Positions 53,024 through 63,555 are shown, numbered from the stretch's first letter. The stretch: 64,000 nt of DNA from an uncultured Clostridia bacterium (GCA_947632605.1 CANRPX010000003.1:11367-75366); one strand, 5' to 3'. Numbers and translations: made by a program. Notes: generated from the sequence alone by a model not told the origin.

Positions 53024-54817
53024 TTAAAAAGAAAATTTCTTTGTGCCTTTTATAAAATTCAATAAATCAATTGTATCAAAAATATCAAATGTTTTTTCAT
53101 TTAAGATACAAGCTGCTGTTTGAAATTCATTTGTTAATACTTTTGTTCCTTTTATTGAATTTAACATATCAATAGCATCAAAAATTGAAACTGTTCCATC
53201 GCCATCAACATCACCTTTTTTTACTACCTTATATGTTTTACCACTTGTTGTAATTGTATACCCTGTTCCTAAAGCACCAGATGTTACAACTTCTCCATTT
53301 GATTTTTTAATAACTGCATCAGTAAATTTTGTTTTTATATTTTCTGCACTTATATCTGGTAAAATATTAATATTTGTATCAGTAACTTTAATATCTTTTT
53401 CTAAATCCACTGATGGAGTAGTTGGTGTTGGTTCTTCAACACTTGGCTCACTTGGAGTTGTTGGTGTAGATTGTGGTGGATTAGTAGCTTGTCCTGGAGA
53501 AGATGTTCCAGAGTTACTTCCAGTTGAACCTTTTGAAACAATATGTTGATTTCCATCAGTTGCTCTTGCGGCATATCCATAAGTACCATCTTGGTTAGAT
53601 ACAATTAAATCCCAATAATATCCATCTACTGGACTAGTTGCTCTTTGGAATATTTTTATTGATTCATTATTATTTAATGCACCAATTTTTGTTCCACTTA
53701 AACTTCCAGCTGCTCTAACTGTTAATGAACTAGAAATATTTTGTACTGTGCCTTCTTCATAAGTAACTTTATTTGCAATAGATACATTTGGTCTTTCATA
53801 GCTTTTTGCTGACATATTTTTAAATAAAGGAATTATAAAAGTATGAGCACCATTAAGGTTCGTATAATAACTCTTAAGGCTTGTACCTTGTGTTTGAGCT
53901 GCCATTATATTTTGTTGATATTGGTGTGATCCTATTGAAGATCTGCCAGATACATTAAATTTTTGATAATAAAATGTATTTTGACTATAATCATTCATAT
54001 AACTATTTCTTACTATTTCTGTTCCTCCAAAAATAGAAGCTCTTCTTGATGTCCATCCATGTTCTTGTGCATATTTTAATCCATTTGTGATTATTTTATC
54101 TTTTCCATTTCCAGTAGCACCAAAATTGAAATAATTATATACACCAACATAACTACCATTATATCCATTTCCATTACTTAAAGTAGAACCTTGAGATCCA
54201 TGTTCATTTATTATTTTAGCTACTAAAAAATATGCATTTATTCTATATTGATTAGCAGCATCTACAATTGCATGTATTACTTCTTGATTATTTATAAAAG
54301 AACCATATTTAGATACTACTCTTGCTATATCATCATAAGAAGCATCAGCACTTTCTAAATCTTTAAATTGAAATACATCTGTATCATTTATAGAATTTCT
54401 TGGATCCATCATATATGATAATGCTTGTAAAGAAGCACAGCACCAAGATCCATTATCATATTTTGTTGCCCCACATATTGGGCAAATCCATAATCCATCA
54501 TAATTACTTGCTTTTTGAACTAAATTTCTAGGACTTCTTCCATGCCCTTGAAATTCTGCTACTAATGCCTCATTAAAATCAAATCCAGTATAATATACTA
54601 AGAAAGTATAATTTGGATGTCTTCTTTGCATATCTTGTATTAAAGCTTTATATCCTGGATATATACCATCATCTATTGCGTTTATATCACGAGATAATGT
54701 TCCTTTTGGCATATCAGCAGCATAAGATTTATTATTTGTTATAGGAGAAAAAACAAGTAGCAAATATTGTAATAATGCTAATATTATTACAATCGCTAAT
54801 ATTCTTTTTCGTAACAC
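53024..54817 (-). CDS. secreted putative peptidoglycan hydrolase (glucosaminidase-like) with SH3b domain and C-terminal dockerin-like repeats
   Basis: Signal peptide, an N-terminal catalytic-like region (about 330 aa), a P/T/S linker, an SH3b-like segment and a C-terminal DVDGDGTVSIFDAIDML dockerin-type Ca-binding repeat with a second degenerate repeat. Confidence 0.5.
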   Translation of the reverse strand: MLRKRILAIVIILALLQYLLLVFSPITNNKSYAADMPKGTLSRDINAIDDGIYPGYKALIQDMQRRHPNYTFLVYYTGFDFNEALVAEFQGHGRSPRNLVQKASNYDGLWICPICGATKYDNGSWCCASLQALSYMMDPRNSINDTDVFQFKDLESADASYDDIARVVSKYGSFINNQEVIHAIVDAANQYRINAYFLVAKIINEHGSQGSTLSNGNGYNGSYVGVYNYFNFGATGNGKDKIITNGLKYAQEHGWTSRRASIFGGTEIVRNSYMNDYSQNTFYYQKFNVSGRSSIGSHQYQQNIMAAQTQGTSLKSYYTNLNGAHTFIIPLFKNMSAKSYERPNVSIANKVTYEEGTVQNISSSLTVRAAGSLSGTKIGALNNNESIKIFQRATSPVDGYYWDLIVSNQDGTYGYAARATDGNQHIVSKGSTGSNSGTSSPGQATNPPQSTPTTPSEPSVEEPTPTTPSVDLEKDIKVTDTNINILPDISAENIKTKFTDAVIKKSNGEVVTSGALGTGYTITTSGKTYKVVKKGDVDGDGTVSIFDAIDMLNSIKGTKVLTNEFQTAACILNEKTFDIFDTIDLLNFIKGTKKFSF

Positions 54818-54991
54818 CTATATCACCTCTTTCGTATGTACAATTTTCCACATTATTTTACAATTAAATTATATATATAATAAATTTTAAAGTCAATGAT
54901 TTAGATATTACATTTATATTAAAAAAATGCCAAAAGAATACACTTTTGACATTTTTTTGTTACCATTTTTATACATAATTTATAAAAAACT

Positions 54992-56137
54992 TTACACTAA
55001 TTTTATTATTTGTTCCCAAGGTAATTCTGGTTTTCCAAAGTGCCCATAATTAGTTGTTTTCTTGTATATTGGTTTTCTTAAATCCAATGTTTCAATTATT
55101 CCTCTCGGAGTCAAATTAAAACTATTATTTATTTTCTTCACAATATCATTATCAGGTATTTTTCCTGTTCCAAAAGTATCTACATAAATAGAAACTGGTT
55201 TTGCAACACCTATTGCATAAGAAAGTTGTATTTCACATTTTTTTGCAAATCCATTTGCAACAATATTTTTAGCTATATATCTTGCCATATAAGCAGCAGA
55301 TCTATCTACTTTAGTTGGATCTTTACCTGAAAATGCTCCTCCTCCGTGTCTACTATAACCTCCATAAGTATCAACTATTATTTTTCTACCTGTTAATCCA
55401 CTATCTCCTAAAGGCCCTCCAATAACAAATCTTCCAGTTGGATTTATAAAATATTTTGTATCTTTATCTAATAGTTTTTCTGGAACTACTGGTTTTATAA
55501 CATATTCTTTTATTTCTTCTTTTAGTCTATTAAGATTTACTTTTTCATCATGTTGACTAGACACTACAATTGTATCTATTCTTTTTGGCTCTCCTTTTTC
55601 ATATTCTACTGTTACTTGGACTTTTCCATCTGGTTTTATATAACTTAAAATATTTTTCTTTCTTACATAAGCTAGTCTTTTAGCTAATTTATGTGCTAAA
55701 CAAATAGGCATTGGCATATATTCTTCTGTTTCATCAGTTGCAAAGCCAAACATCATTCCTTGATCTCCTGCTCCTTCTGATTCTTCTTTAGAACCTTGTT
55801 TTTGTTCTAAAGACTTGTCCACACCTAAAGCAATATCTTGAGATTGTTTAGATATATTTAACAATACTTTGCAAGTTTTATAATCAATGTCAGTTTCAGC
55901 ATTATTAAAGCCAATTTCTTTTATTGTATCTCTTACTATTTTTTCAATATCTACTTCAGCATTTGAAGTTATTTCTCCTGTTACTAGAACTTGCCCTTTT
56001 CCAGCAACAGTTTCGCATGCAACTCTTGAATATGGATCTCTTGCTAGATATGCATCTAAAATACTATCAGATATGTAATCACAAAGCTTATCTGGATGTC
56101 CCTCTGTTACACTTTCAGATGTAAATAACCTTTTCAT
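54992..56137 (-). CDS. metK: S-adenosylmethionine synthetase
   Basis: GHPDK, GAGDQG and [15 protein letters not shown] motifs. Confidence 0.95.
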   Translation of the reverse strand: MKRLFTSESVTEGHPDKLCDYISDSILDAYLARDPYSRVACETVAGKGQVLVTGEITSNAEVDIEKIVRDTIKEIGFNNAETDIDYKTCKVLLNISKQSQDIALGVDKSLEQKQGSKEESEGAGDQGMMFGFATDETEEYMPMPICLAHKLAKRLAYVRKKNILSYIKPDGKVQVTVEYEKGEPKRIDTIVVSSQHDEKVNLNRLKEEIKEYVIKPVVPEKLLDKDTKYFINPTGRFVIGGPLGDSGLTGRKIIVDTYGGYSRHGGGAFSGKDPTKVDRSAAYMARYIAKNIVANGFAKKCEIQLSYAIGVAKPVSIYVDTFGTGKIPDNDIVKKINNSFNLTPRGIIETLDLRKPIYKKTTNYGHFGKPELPWEQIIKLV

Positions 56138-56184
56138 AAAACCTCCTAAAGTCTTAAAAATTTAAAACTTATTTTATAAAAAAA

Positions 56185-56378
56185 TAGCTCTACAAAAAGT
56201 AGAGCTTATGAATAACCATTATTATATAATCATCATTCAAAACACTACTTATTGTGCTTTGACGGTATTAGCACCTAATTTAATAGGTTGCTGTGGAGTC
56301 ATTAAGCCGCTCTCTCGTCCACTCTTGATAACTTTTATTTACTTTTTCTATTTTACAACACAAAATGCATATTGTCAA
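56185..56378 (-). promoter_or_regulatory. metK leader: S-box (SAM-I)-like riboswitch with terminator, plus TTGACA-N17-TAAAAT promoter
   Basis: Minus-strand RNA contains UUAUCAAGAG, ...CAGCAACC, GGUGCUAAUACC and a P4-like hairpin. A terminator AGCUCUAC-UUUUUG-GUAGAGCU plus U7 (+ 56187..56208) sits just before the RBS. Promoter -35 is at 56378..56373 and -10 at 56355..56350. Aptamer conservation is only partial. Confidence 0.55.
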
Positions 56379-56404
56379 GGTTTTAACACATTTTTGGCTT
56401 ATAC

Positions 56405-59119
56405 TTATTTAGCTTGATACCAATTTTTTCCTTCTTCAACTTCAACAATTAATGGAACATTAAGTTTTGCAGCATTTTCCATACATTCTTTTAAAATTTT
56501 CTTAACTTCTTCTTTTTCTTCTAAAGGAGCTTCTATAATAAGTTCATCATGTATTTGTAAAACTATTTTTGATTTTAAATTTCTGTTTTTTAGTTCATTA
56601 TATACTTTTATCATAGCAATTTTCATTATGTCAGCGGCAGTTCCCTGAATTGGAGTATTCATAGCTGCTCTTTCTCCAAATTTTCTTACCATATAATTTT
56701 TAGAATTCAATTCTGCAATATATCTTCTTCTTCCAAAAATAGTTTCAACATATTCTTTTTTCTTAGCACTTTCAACAACATCTGACATATAGTCTTTTAT
56801 ACCATGATATGTTTCTAAATATTGTTCAATATATTGTTTTGCTTCTTTTCGTTTTATATCTATTTGTTCTGCTAATCCAAAATCACTAATTCCATATACA
56901 ATTCCAAAATTTACAGCTTTTGCTTTACTTCTTAACTGTTTTGAAACTTCATCAACTGGAACTTTAAATACTTGTGATGCACTAATAGTATGAATATCTG
57001 CTCCAGAATTAAAAGCATTTATCATGGTTTCATCATTTGCAATATGTGCTAATATTCTAAGTTCAACTTGAGAATAATCTGCATCTACAAATACTTTTCC
57101 TTCTCCTGCTTTAAAAACTTTTCTTAATTTTTTTCCAATTTCTGTTCTTGTAGGTATATTTTGTAAGTTTGGTTCTGTACTACTCAATCTACCTGTCGCA
57201 GTTACTGTTTGATGGAAAAATGTATGAATTTTTCCAGTTCTTAAATTTATAAATGGTATCATTCCTTCTACATAAGTAGAATTTAACTTCATAAGTTGTC
57301 TATATTCTAAAATTTTTTCTATTATTGGATGTGAATCTCTAATTTTTTCTAATGCATCAACATCAGTTGAATAGCCACTTTTAGTTTTTTTAGTTGGTGT
57401 TAATTTTAATTTTTCAAAAAGAATTTCAGCTAATTGTTTTGTAGAATTAACATTAAACTCTTCTCCTGCTAAACTATAAATATCTATTCTTAGTTCTTCA
57501 ATATGTTTTTTTAGATTTTCACCATATTTTATTAATTCTTTTTCATCTATTAACATTCCTTCCCATTGCATACTTGCAAGTATTGTTGCAATAGGCATTT
57601 CAATATTATTAAATAAATCTAAAGAGTTAATTTTTCTTAAATTTTCTATTAATTTCTCTTTTGACTTTCCAATTACATAGCAATAAATAGCATATTTATA
57701 ATCTGATTTTTCTTCAGAATCTGCTTCTGTATCAAATAAACTTGTTTGAACTTCTGACTTATCACTTTCAGAATGTTTTGTAGATAAATCTAAATTTAAA
57801 TATTGTATTGCTATTTCTTCTAAAGAATAAGCATTAGATGTTGCATTTATAATATATGCTGCAATCTCTGCATCAAACATCATATTCTCTGGTGTTATAT
57901 CTTCTTGTTTTAATAAAATGTAATCTTCTTTAATCTTATATCCACATTTTAAAATATTAACATCTTCAAATATTTTTTTGAAATTTGTTTTATCAAACTT
58001 AATATTATAAACAGTATTTTCATTTTCTAAATAGATATTAATAAATTTTATTTCTTTTTTTATTATAAAATTAAAATCTTCTTTATTAGCTGTTTCAAAA
58101 TAATAATTTAATATCTTTGTTTCATTTATTTTTTCTATAATATTTTCTACATCTTTTTCTTCTTTTAGTTCTTTATATTCAAAAAGTTTTTCAGATGTTT
58201 CAGGTATTATAGGCTCTTCTTTTTCTAATTCAAATCTTTCTATATATCTATTAAATCTCAATTTTTTAAATATTTCTAATACTTTTGGTCTGTTCCATTC
58301 TACAATTTTAAAATTAGATAAATCTTTTTCAATTGGAGCATTAATATCTATTCTTCCAAGTTCTCTAGAAAGCATTGCTAAATCTTTATTATTTTCTAAA
58401 TTTTCTTTTAGCTTTCCTTTAGCAATTTCTTCTCCATTTTCTAATTTATTATATATATTTTCTATTGTTTTATATTCTTTAATTAAATTTAATGCTGTTT
58501 TTTCTCCAACTCCTGGAACTCCTGGTATATTATCAGAAGTATCTCCCATTAAACCTTTTACTTCTATTAAATCTTTTGGTTCTACTCCATAAACTTCTAA
58601 GATTTTATTTTTATCAAAATTCTCTATTTCTGTTTTTCCGTTTTTAGTTCTTGGTATTCTAATTATTATTTTATTTGATGCAAGTTGAAAAGAATCCCTA
58701 TCTCCTGTAAGCAAAGTAACTTCAATTCCTTGTTTTTCTGCATATTTTGCAAGTGTTCCTAAAATATCATCAGCTTCATATCCAGGTTTTTCTATTACAG
58801 CTATATTCATAGCTTCTAAAACTTCTTTCATTATAGGCATTTGCATTGCAAGTTCATCAGGCATTCCTTTTCTTGTACCTTTATATTCTTTATACATTTC
58901 ATGCCTTTTAGTAGGATGTTTTACATCAAAAGCAACAGCTAAATAATCTGGCTTTTCATCTTCTAATAATTTAAACATTATTGCTAAAAAACCATAAATA
59001 GCATTTGTATATGTTCCATCTGCTGTCTGTAACATCCTGCTACTCATTATTCCATAAAAAGCTCTATTTAAAATACTATTTCCATCAATAATTGCTATTT
59101 TTTCCAATGTTTCCTCCAA
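56405..59119 (-). CDS. polA: DNA polymerase I
   Basis: 904 aa with a 5'-3' exonuclease domain, a degenerate 3'-5' exo region and polymerase motifs A, B (RRxAKxxNFGxxYG) and C (HDE). Confidence 0.95.
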   Translation of the reverse strand: MEETLEKIAIIDGNSILNRAFYGIMSSRMLQTADGTYTNAIYGFLAIMFKLLEDEKPDYLAVAFDVKHPTKRHEMYKEYKGTRKGMPDELAMQMPIMKEVLEAMNIAVIEKPGYEADDILGTLAKYAEKQGIEVTLLTGDRDSFQLASNKIIIRIPRTKNGKTEIENFDKNKILEVYGVEPKDLIEVKGLMGDTSDNIPGVPGVGEKTALNLIKEYKTIENIYNKLENGEEIAKGKLKENLENNKDLAMLSRELGRIDINAPIEKDLSNFKIVEWNRPKVLEIFKKLRFNRYIERFELEKEEPIIPETSEKLFEYKELKEEKDVENIIEKINETKILNYYFETANKEDFNFIIKKEIKFINIYLENENTVYNIKFDKTNFKKIFEDVNILKCGYKIKEDYILLKQEDITPENMMFDAEIAAYIINATSNAYSLEEIAIQYLNLDLSTKHSESDKSEVQTSLFDTEADSEEKSDYKYAIYCYVIGKSKEKLIENLRKINSLDLFNNIEMPIATILASMQWEGMLIDEKELIKYGENLKKHIEELRIDIYSLAGEEFNVNSTKQLAEILFEKLKLTPTKKTKSGYSTDVDALEKIRDSHPIIEKILEYRQLMKLNSTYVEGMIPFINLRTGKIHTFFHQTVTATGRLSSTEPNLQNIPTRTEIGKKLRKVFKAGEGKVFVDADYSQVELRILAHIANDETMINAFNSGADIHTISASQVFKVPVDEVSKQLRSKAKAVNFGIVYGISDFGLAEQIDIKRKEAKQYIEQYLETYHGIKDYMSDVVESAKKKEYVETIFGRRRYIAELNSKNYMVRKFGERAAMNTPIQGTAADIMKIAMIKVYNELKNRNLKSKIVLQIHDELIIEAPLEEKEEVKKILKECMENAAKLNVPLIVEVEEGKNWYQAK

Positions 59120-59132
59120 TTATAATTAAAAT

Positions 59133-60053
59133 TTATTCTTTATAACTACTTCTTCTTATTATGGCTACTACTAAAATTAAAATTGCAATTCCTACTACCA
59201 CACCTAAAAATCTTCTATTTCCAACTGCTGGTAAATTACCAGATTTTGTTGTATCATCAGTATTATTATTTGTTTCATTTTGTGTATTATTTGCATTATT
59301 AACATTATTTTCTGTTTCGTGATTATCATCCCAAATAACAGTGTCTGCATAATCTTTTAATTTTGAAAAATCTGCTTCTGTATTTATCGTTAAAGTAGAA
59401 ATAAGTTTATATGAATTGTTTTCTTCTCTTTTTTCAACTGACCATATAAAAGAATTTATGTCATTAGAATCATCTATTAATTCATTATTTTTATATATTG
59501 AGTTAATATATTCAATAACTCTATTTGGAAAATCATTAACTTCTATTGTCTTTGCACCACCTGATACAAGTTCATTTCCATTTTCATCAATTATTGTATA
59601 TGATCTATCACTATTAAAATTACCTTTCCATTTACTATTTAAATGAGTTACTGAAAAATATGCCATTGAATCATTAAATTCTATTCCTTTTATATCTGCA
59701 ATAGCTACATATCCTAACATTGGTAATATTAAATTTTCTGTTTGCTTTTTATAATCATTATAAGACATTCCATTTTTTATAGGCATTTCCAATGAGAAAG
59801 TAACTTCTTCATCTAATGTGTATTTTAATGAATATTTTTCATTATTTTGCGTTGTTATAAGAATTGTATTATCATCTTTCACTTCAATTTTATAATTATT
59901 ACTATTATCTTGAGAGGATACAAATTTTTGAAAAGAACTTTTTAAATTTTCATTTGAAATTTCATTTTCTACTGCATAAGTGTTGAAAAAATTACTTAAT
60001 AATATAAAAAATATTATTATAGCAGTAGTTATTTTTAAACCAGTAGTTTTCAT
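59133..60053 (-). CDS. secreted surface protein with C-terminal sorting-signal-like architecture (LPAVG + hydrophobic + RRSSYKE)
   Basis: Signal peptide, an N-rich region and the tail LPAVGNRRFLGVVVGIAILILVVAIIRRSSYKE. Confidence 0.45.
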   Translation of the reverse strand: MKTTGLKITTAIIIFFILLSNFFNTYAVENEISNENLKSSFQKFVSSQDNSNNYKIEVKDDNTILITTQNNEKYSLKYTLDEEVTFSLEMPIKNGMSYNDYKKQTENLILPMLGYVAIADIKGIEFNDSMAYFSVTHLNSKWKGNFNSDRSYTIIDENGNELVSGGAKTIEVNDFPNRVIEYINSIYKNNELIDDSNDINSFIWSVEKREENNSYKLISTLTINTEADFSKLKDYADTVIWDDNHETENNVNNANNTQNETNNNTDDTTKSGNLPAVGNRRFLGVVVGIAILILVVAIIRRSSYKE

Positions 60054-60229
60054 ATAAACTTCTCCTTTCTAGAATTTTAAAGCTTTTTTATATATAAATG
60101 TATACAATTTGATTAGAGTATATCATATAATTTATTTTTTTGCTACTAATATTTTTTAAATGCAAAGAGAGAGATATTCTTTCGAATTCTCCCTCTTGCC
60201 CACACAGGAAGTCCTGTATGAAAAGACTA

Positions 60230-61645
60230 TTACCTGATCATACGTGCCAAGTAAACTCCAGAGGCCGAAGCCATCATGAGTCCACGAGTCAGGCCGCAAC
60301 CATCACCAATGGCATACAGTCCACTCACGCTGGTTTCCAGCGAAGTGCTGAGTTCGACTTTGTTAGAGTAGAACTTCAGCTCAGGACCATAGAGCAGATT
60401 GTCCGGATCTGCGAATCCAGGTGCAACCTTTTCCATCATTTCGATAAACCCAAGGATGTCCATGAGTTCACGATAAGGCATTGCCAGGCTGAGATCGCCA
60501 GCAGAAGCCGCCTTGAGTGTGGGAACAACCGAGTTCTTTGCCAGTTCTTCAGGCCATGTCCTCTTACCGATTCGGATATCTCCCAACCTCTGAACAATCA
60601 CGTTACCACCAGCCAAGGCATTCATGTTCCTTGCGATGTTCCGCGAATACTCCATCGGATTCGGCATATCCTTCAGGTTAAGAGAGACCAAAAGAGCCAA
60701 ATTCGTGTTGGTACTTTTGGTGTCTTTTAAGGCATGTCCGTTTACGAGCGTAATCCCTCCGTCATAAACCTCAGTGGTAACGAAACCGGATGGATTCTGG
60801 CAGAACGTTCTCACTTTGTCATTGTACGGTGCAGGTTTTGCTATGAATTTACCTTCGTAAAGGAGTTCGTTAATCTGAGCCATGACAGAGTCTTTCAGCT
60901 CATAACGAATACCTACGTCGATAACGCCAGATGCGGTCAAGATATCGTGCTCATTGCACAAATTCAAGAGCCAGTTTGCACCCACGCGTCCAATAGCCAA
61001 AACAACAGCGCCGGCCTCAACCGTCTTGGTTTCACCACCATTAGAGTGATAGATTACACCATAAACGGTATTGTCCTTGATGAGAAGATCCTGAACTTCG
61101 GTTTCGAACAGGAACTCCACTCCGTGTGCTTCGAGATACTTCTCAATCTTCTGGTACAAAACGTGTGCTTTGTCAGTACCAAGATGACGAATCGGAATGT
61201 TGATGAGATCCAGTCCAGCCGTCTCGGCAGTCTTTCGAATCAGGGAAATCTCTCCCGGATGATCGATGCCTTCAAGCTTTTCTGTTGCCCCAAACTCCAG
61301 ATACACCTTATCGGTGTAGTCGATCAGGCGCTTAGTGTTGTCAACGCCAGCGTACTTGTGCAGGTTGCCCCCAACGTAGAAGTCATCGTCCTCTTCGTTG
61401 TAGAGAGACAACTTACCATCGGAAAAGGCACCCGCCCCGGAAAAGCCGTTCATGATCTGGCAAAATGGCTTGCACTTAACACATTTTCCAGTAACAGCTG
61501 CCGGGCAGTTACGGTTTTCTACTCTCTTACCCCGTTCAATGAGCAGGATGCTCTTATCGGGATGGAATCGAACCATTTCAAGCGCAAAGAACGCACCTGC
61601 AGGTCCTCCTCCTACTACCACATAGTCAAATCTCTTCTCTTTCAC
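60230..61645 (-). CDS. FAD-dependent protein, COG2509 family, GC-rich (about 52%) xenolog of the native 34456..36024 gene
   Basis: VVGGGPAG and FSDGKL motifs with a GTG start (MKEKRFDY). Codon usage is GC3-rich, unlike the host. The + strand track ORFs 60140..60730 and 60734..61714 are antisense artifacts of high GC. Confidence 0.8.
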   Translation of the reverse strand: MKEKRFDYVVVGGGPAGAFFALEMVRFHPDKSILLIERGKRVENRNCPAAVTGKCVKCKPFCQIMNGFSGAGAFSDGKLSLYNEEDDDFYVGGNLHKYAGVDNTKRLIDYTDKVYLEFGATEKLEGIDHPGEISLIRKTAETAGLDLINIPIRHLGTDKAHVLYQKIEKYLEAHGVEFLFETEVQDLLIKDNTVYGVIYHSNGGETKTVEAGAVVLAIGRVGANWLLNLCNEHDILTASGVIDVGIRYELKDSVMAQINELLYEGKFIAKPAPYNDKVRTFCQNPSGFVTTEVYDGGITLVNGHALKDTKSTNTNLALLVSLNLKDMPNPMEYSRNIARNMNALAGGNVIVQRLGDIRIGKRTWPEELAKNSVVPTLKAASAGDLSLAMPYRELMDILGFIEMMEKVAPGFADPDNLLYGPELKFYSNKVELSTSLETSVSGLYAIGDGCGLTRGLMMASASGVYLARMIR

Positions 61646-61790
61646 TTTGGAAATGCTCCTTTCAATTGTCTTGCTGAGAAATTGGTTGACAGTTGCACTA
61701 AATCAAGACAATAGCCTCCTTCCTAAAGCACAAGTCTTGTGCTTTTTGTATCAGTGCAAAGTCAAAGACTTTACATAATTTTAGTATACA

Positions 61791-61836
61791 TCAAAAAGAA
61801 AAAAGTGTCAATTTCTAGTAAAAAAATTGACACTTC
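61791..61836 (-). terminator. rho-independent terminator of 61852..62646
   Basis: Perfect 11-bp inverted repeat AGTGTCAATTT...AAATTGACACT with a U-run on the minus strand. Confidence 0.6.
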
Positions 61837-61851
61837 TAATTTTAAATTAAT

Positions 61852-62646
61852 TTATTCTTCATTATCAAACATTAATTTTAATTTTTCACCTATTTCATAA
61901 CCTTTTTTATAAAAATCTTCTACACTCATCTTTAAATATCCACGTCTATAACAAAGTTCTAAGGTTACTGGTCCATTATAATTAGTTGATTTTAATTTCT
62001 TTGTTACATTTTCCCAATCTAATGTTCCGTCAAAAGGCAATAAATGTAAATCATCTGTTTTATCATTATCATGTAGATGTACAGCAAACACTTTATTTTT
62101 AAACTTATTAAAATCAAATTCATCATTAAAATGAACATGATAATGTCCTGCATCAAAACATATTCCCAAGTTTTCATTGTGAATATTATCTAGCACATAT
62201 TCTAAATACCCTTTTATTTTAGTATTTTCAAATGCAACTTTTATACCTAAAGACTCTGCATAATCTACAATTTCTTGTATTCTTTTTAATCCTACTTCAT
62301 TATATGGTGGTGCATCATATTTGCTAGTCAAATGCATTACAACAATTGGAACTCCATTTTCCTTCATGTCCTTTATATCATTTTTATATCTTTCTACTAG
62401 CTTATCACCATCACTTTTTTTACTCCAAATATCATTTATATTTTGATATCCTAAATGAGCAAAAATAATATTTAAACCTTTTTCTCTTATGTACTTTATC
62501 TGTTCTTCTTGTGAAGGATTAAAATCTTTATCATACCATTGTATAAAAACATTTTTAAAACCTGCTTTTTTTATTGCATCTATTGTTTCGAATGCATTAA
62601 CACTTTTATTACTATTATTTACAACAACTGCTATTTCTCTATTCAT
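61852..62646 (-). CDS. sugar phosphate isomerase/epimerase (xylose-isomerase-like TIM barrel, AP-endonuclease-2 fold)
   Basis: AFEN and HLHDN motifs, 264 aa. Confidence 0.7.
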   Translation of the reverse strand: MNREIAVVVNNSNKSVNAFETIDAIKKAGFKNVFIQWYDKDFNPSQEEQIKYIREKGLNIIFAHLGYQNINDIWSKKSDGDKLVERYKNDIKDMKENGVPIVVMHLTSKYDAPPYNEVGLKRIQEIVDYAESLGIKVAFENTKIKGYLEYVLDNIHNENLGICFDAGHYHVHFNDEFDFNKFKNKVFAVHLHDNDKTDDLHLLPFDGTLDWENVTKKLKSTNYNGPVTLELCYRRGYLKMSVEDFYKKGYEIGEKLKLMFDNEE

Positions 62647-62692
62647 TTTCTAAAAAGTACCTCTTTCTTAATAAAAAATTATCAATTACCAA

Positions 62693-63070
62693 CTATTTAA
62701 TAAAATTAAATATAGAATAAAAATTATCTAAATTTATACCATAAATATCTAATTCTAAATTTTTAATTCCTAATCCCATTAATTCACTGCCAGGCCCAGT
62801 TGGTACAACATATATCATACTATTATATACTGGAATTAATATACTTATTATTATATAAATCACATAAAGCACAATAAATTTATTTGTTTTTGGTTTTTTA
62901 TCTATAAAAATTTTTAGCATAAATATAATATTAATTATTTCTAATATAGTAAAAAGAATATAATTTATACTCTTACTTTCAATTTGAATTATCTGCATTA
63001 AAATCATACAACATATTGGAATTACTACCAATACTATTGATATAATTTTTAAGAATATTTCTTTTTTCAT
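62693..63070 (-). CDS. hypothetical small membrane protein
   Basis: 125 aa with 3 TM segments. Confidence 0.4.
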   Translation of the reverse strand: MKKEIFLKIISIVLVVIPICCMILMQIIQIESKSINYILFTILEIINIIFMLKIFIDKKPKTNKFIVLYVIYIIISILIPVYNSMIYVVPTGPGSELMGLGIKNLELDIYGINLDNFYSIFNFIK

Positions 63071-63102
63071 AAAAGCCTCACATTTTTATTTTTCAATAAG
63101 CA

Positions 63103-63510
63103 CTAATACTTACATTTTTCTTTTAGCTCTGATAAATTTTTAGACAAACTTATTATTTCTAATGGTATTTCAATGAGCTTATTATTAACTGCAACATAAT
63201 TCTTAAACTGAATATTAGATATATCTATGGCATTCTCTAATTCTTTTATAACATAATGAAGTTGTATACAATGAGGAGATTTATCTACTGTTGCAAAAAT
63301 TATATTTTTTACTTTTTTTCTTGCTATCATACCAATTATTTTAGATACTACCATATTTAAATGCTCTTTTTCTAAACATACATCATAAATATTTGAAGAT
63401 ATTTCTTCTAATTCTTTATATGCATTAGGCTGCATACTTTCTAAACAGCTACCTACTATTATCATCGTTTCTTGAGTATCATAACAATTAGTTTTCAGTA
63501 AATCTTTCAT
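63103..63510 (-). CDS. hypothetical protein
   Basis: 135 aa with no recognisable motif. Confidence 0.4.
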   Translation of the reverse strand: MKDLLKTNCYDTQETMIIVGSCLESMQPNAYKELEEISSNIYDVCLEKEHLNMVVSKIIGMIARKKVKNIIFATVDKSPHCIQLHYVIKELENAIDISNIQFKNYVAVNNKLIEIPLEIISLSKNLSELKEKCKY

Positions 63511-63555
63511 TGCTATATTCTCTCCTTTATTTTATCTCATCTATATTATTTTCCT

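Noticed and set aside
60140-61714. Plus-strand ORFs 60140..60730 (196 aa) and 60734..61714 (326 aa)
   Set aside because: They are antisense to the GC-rich FAD-protein gene. Long stop-free frames are expected in 52% GC DNA, and they have no RBS or domain signals.
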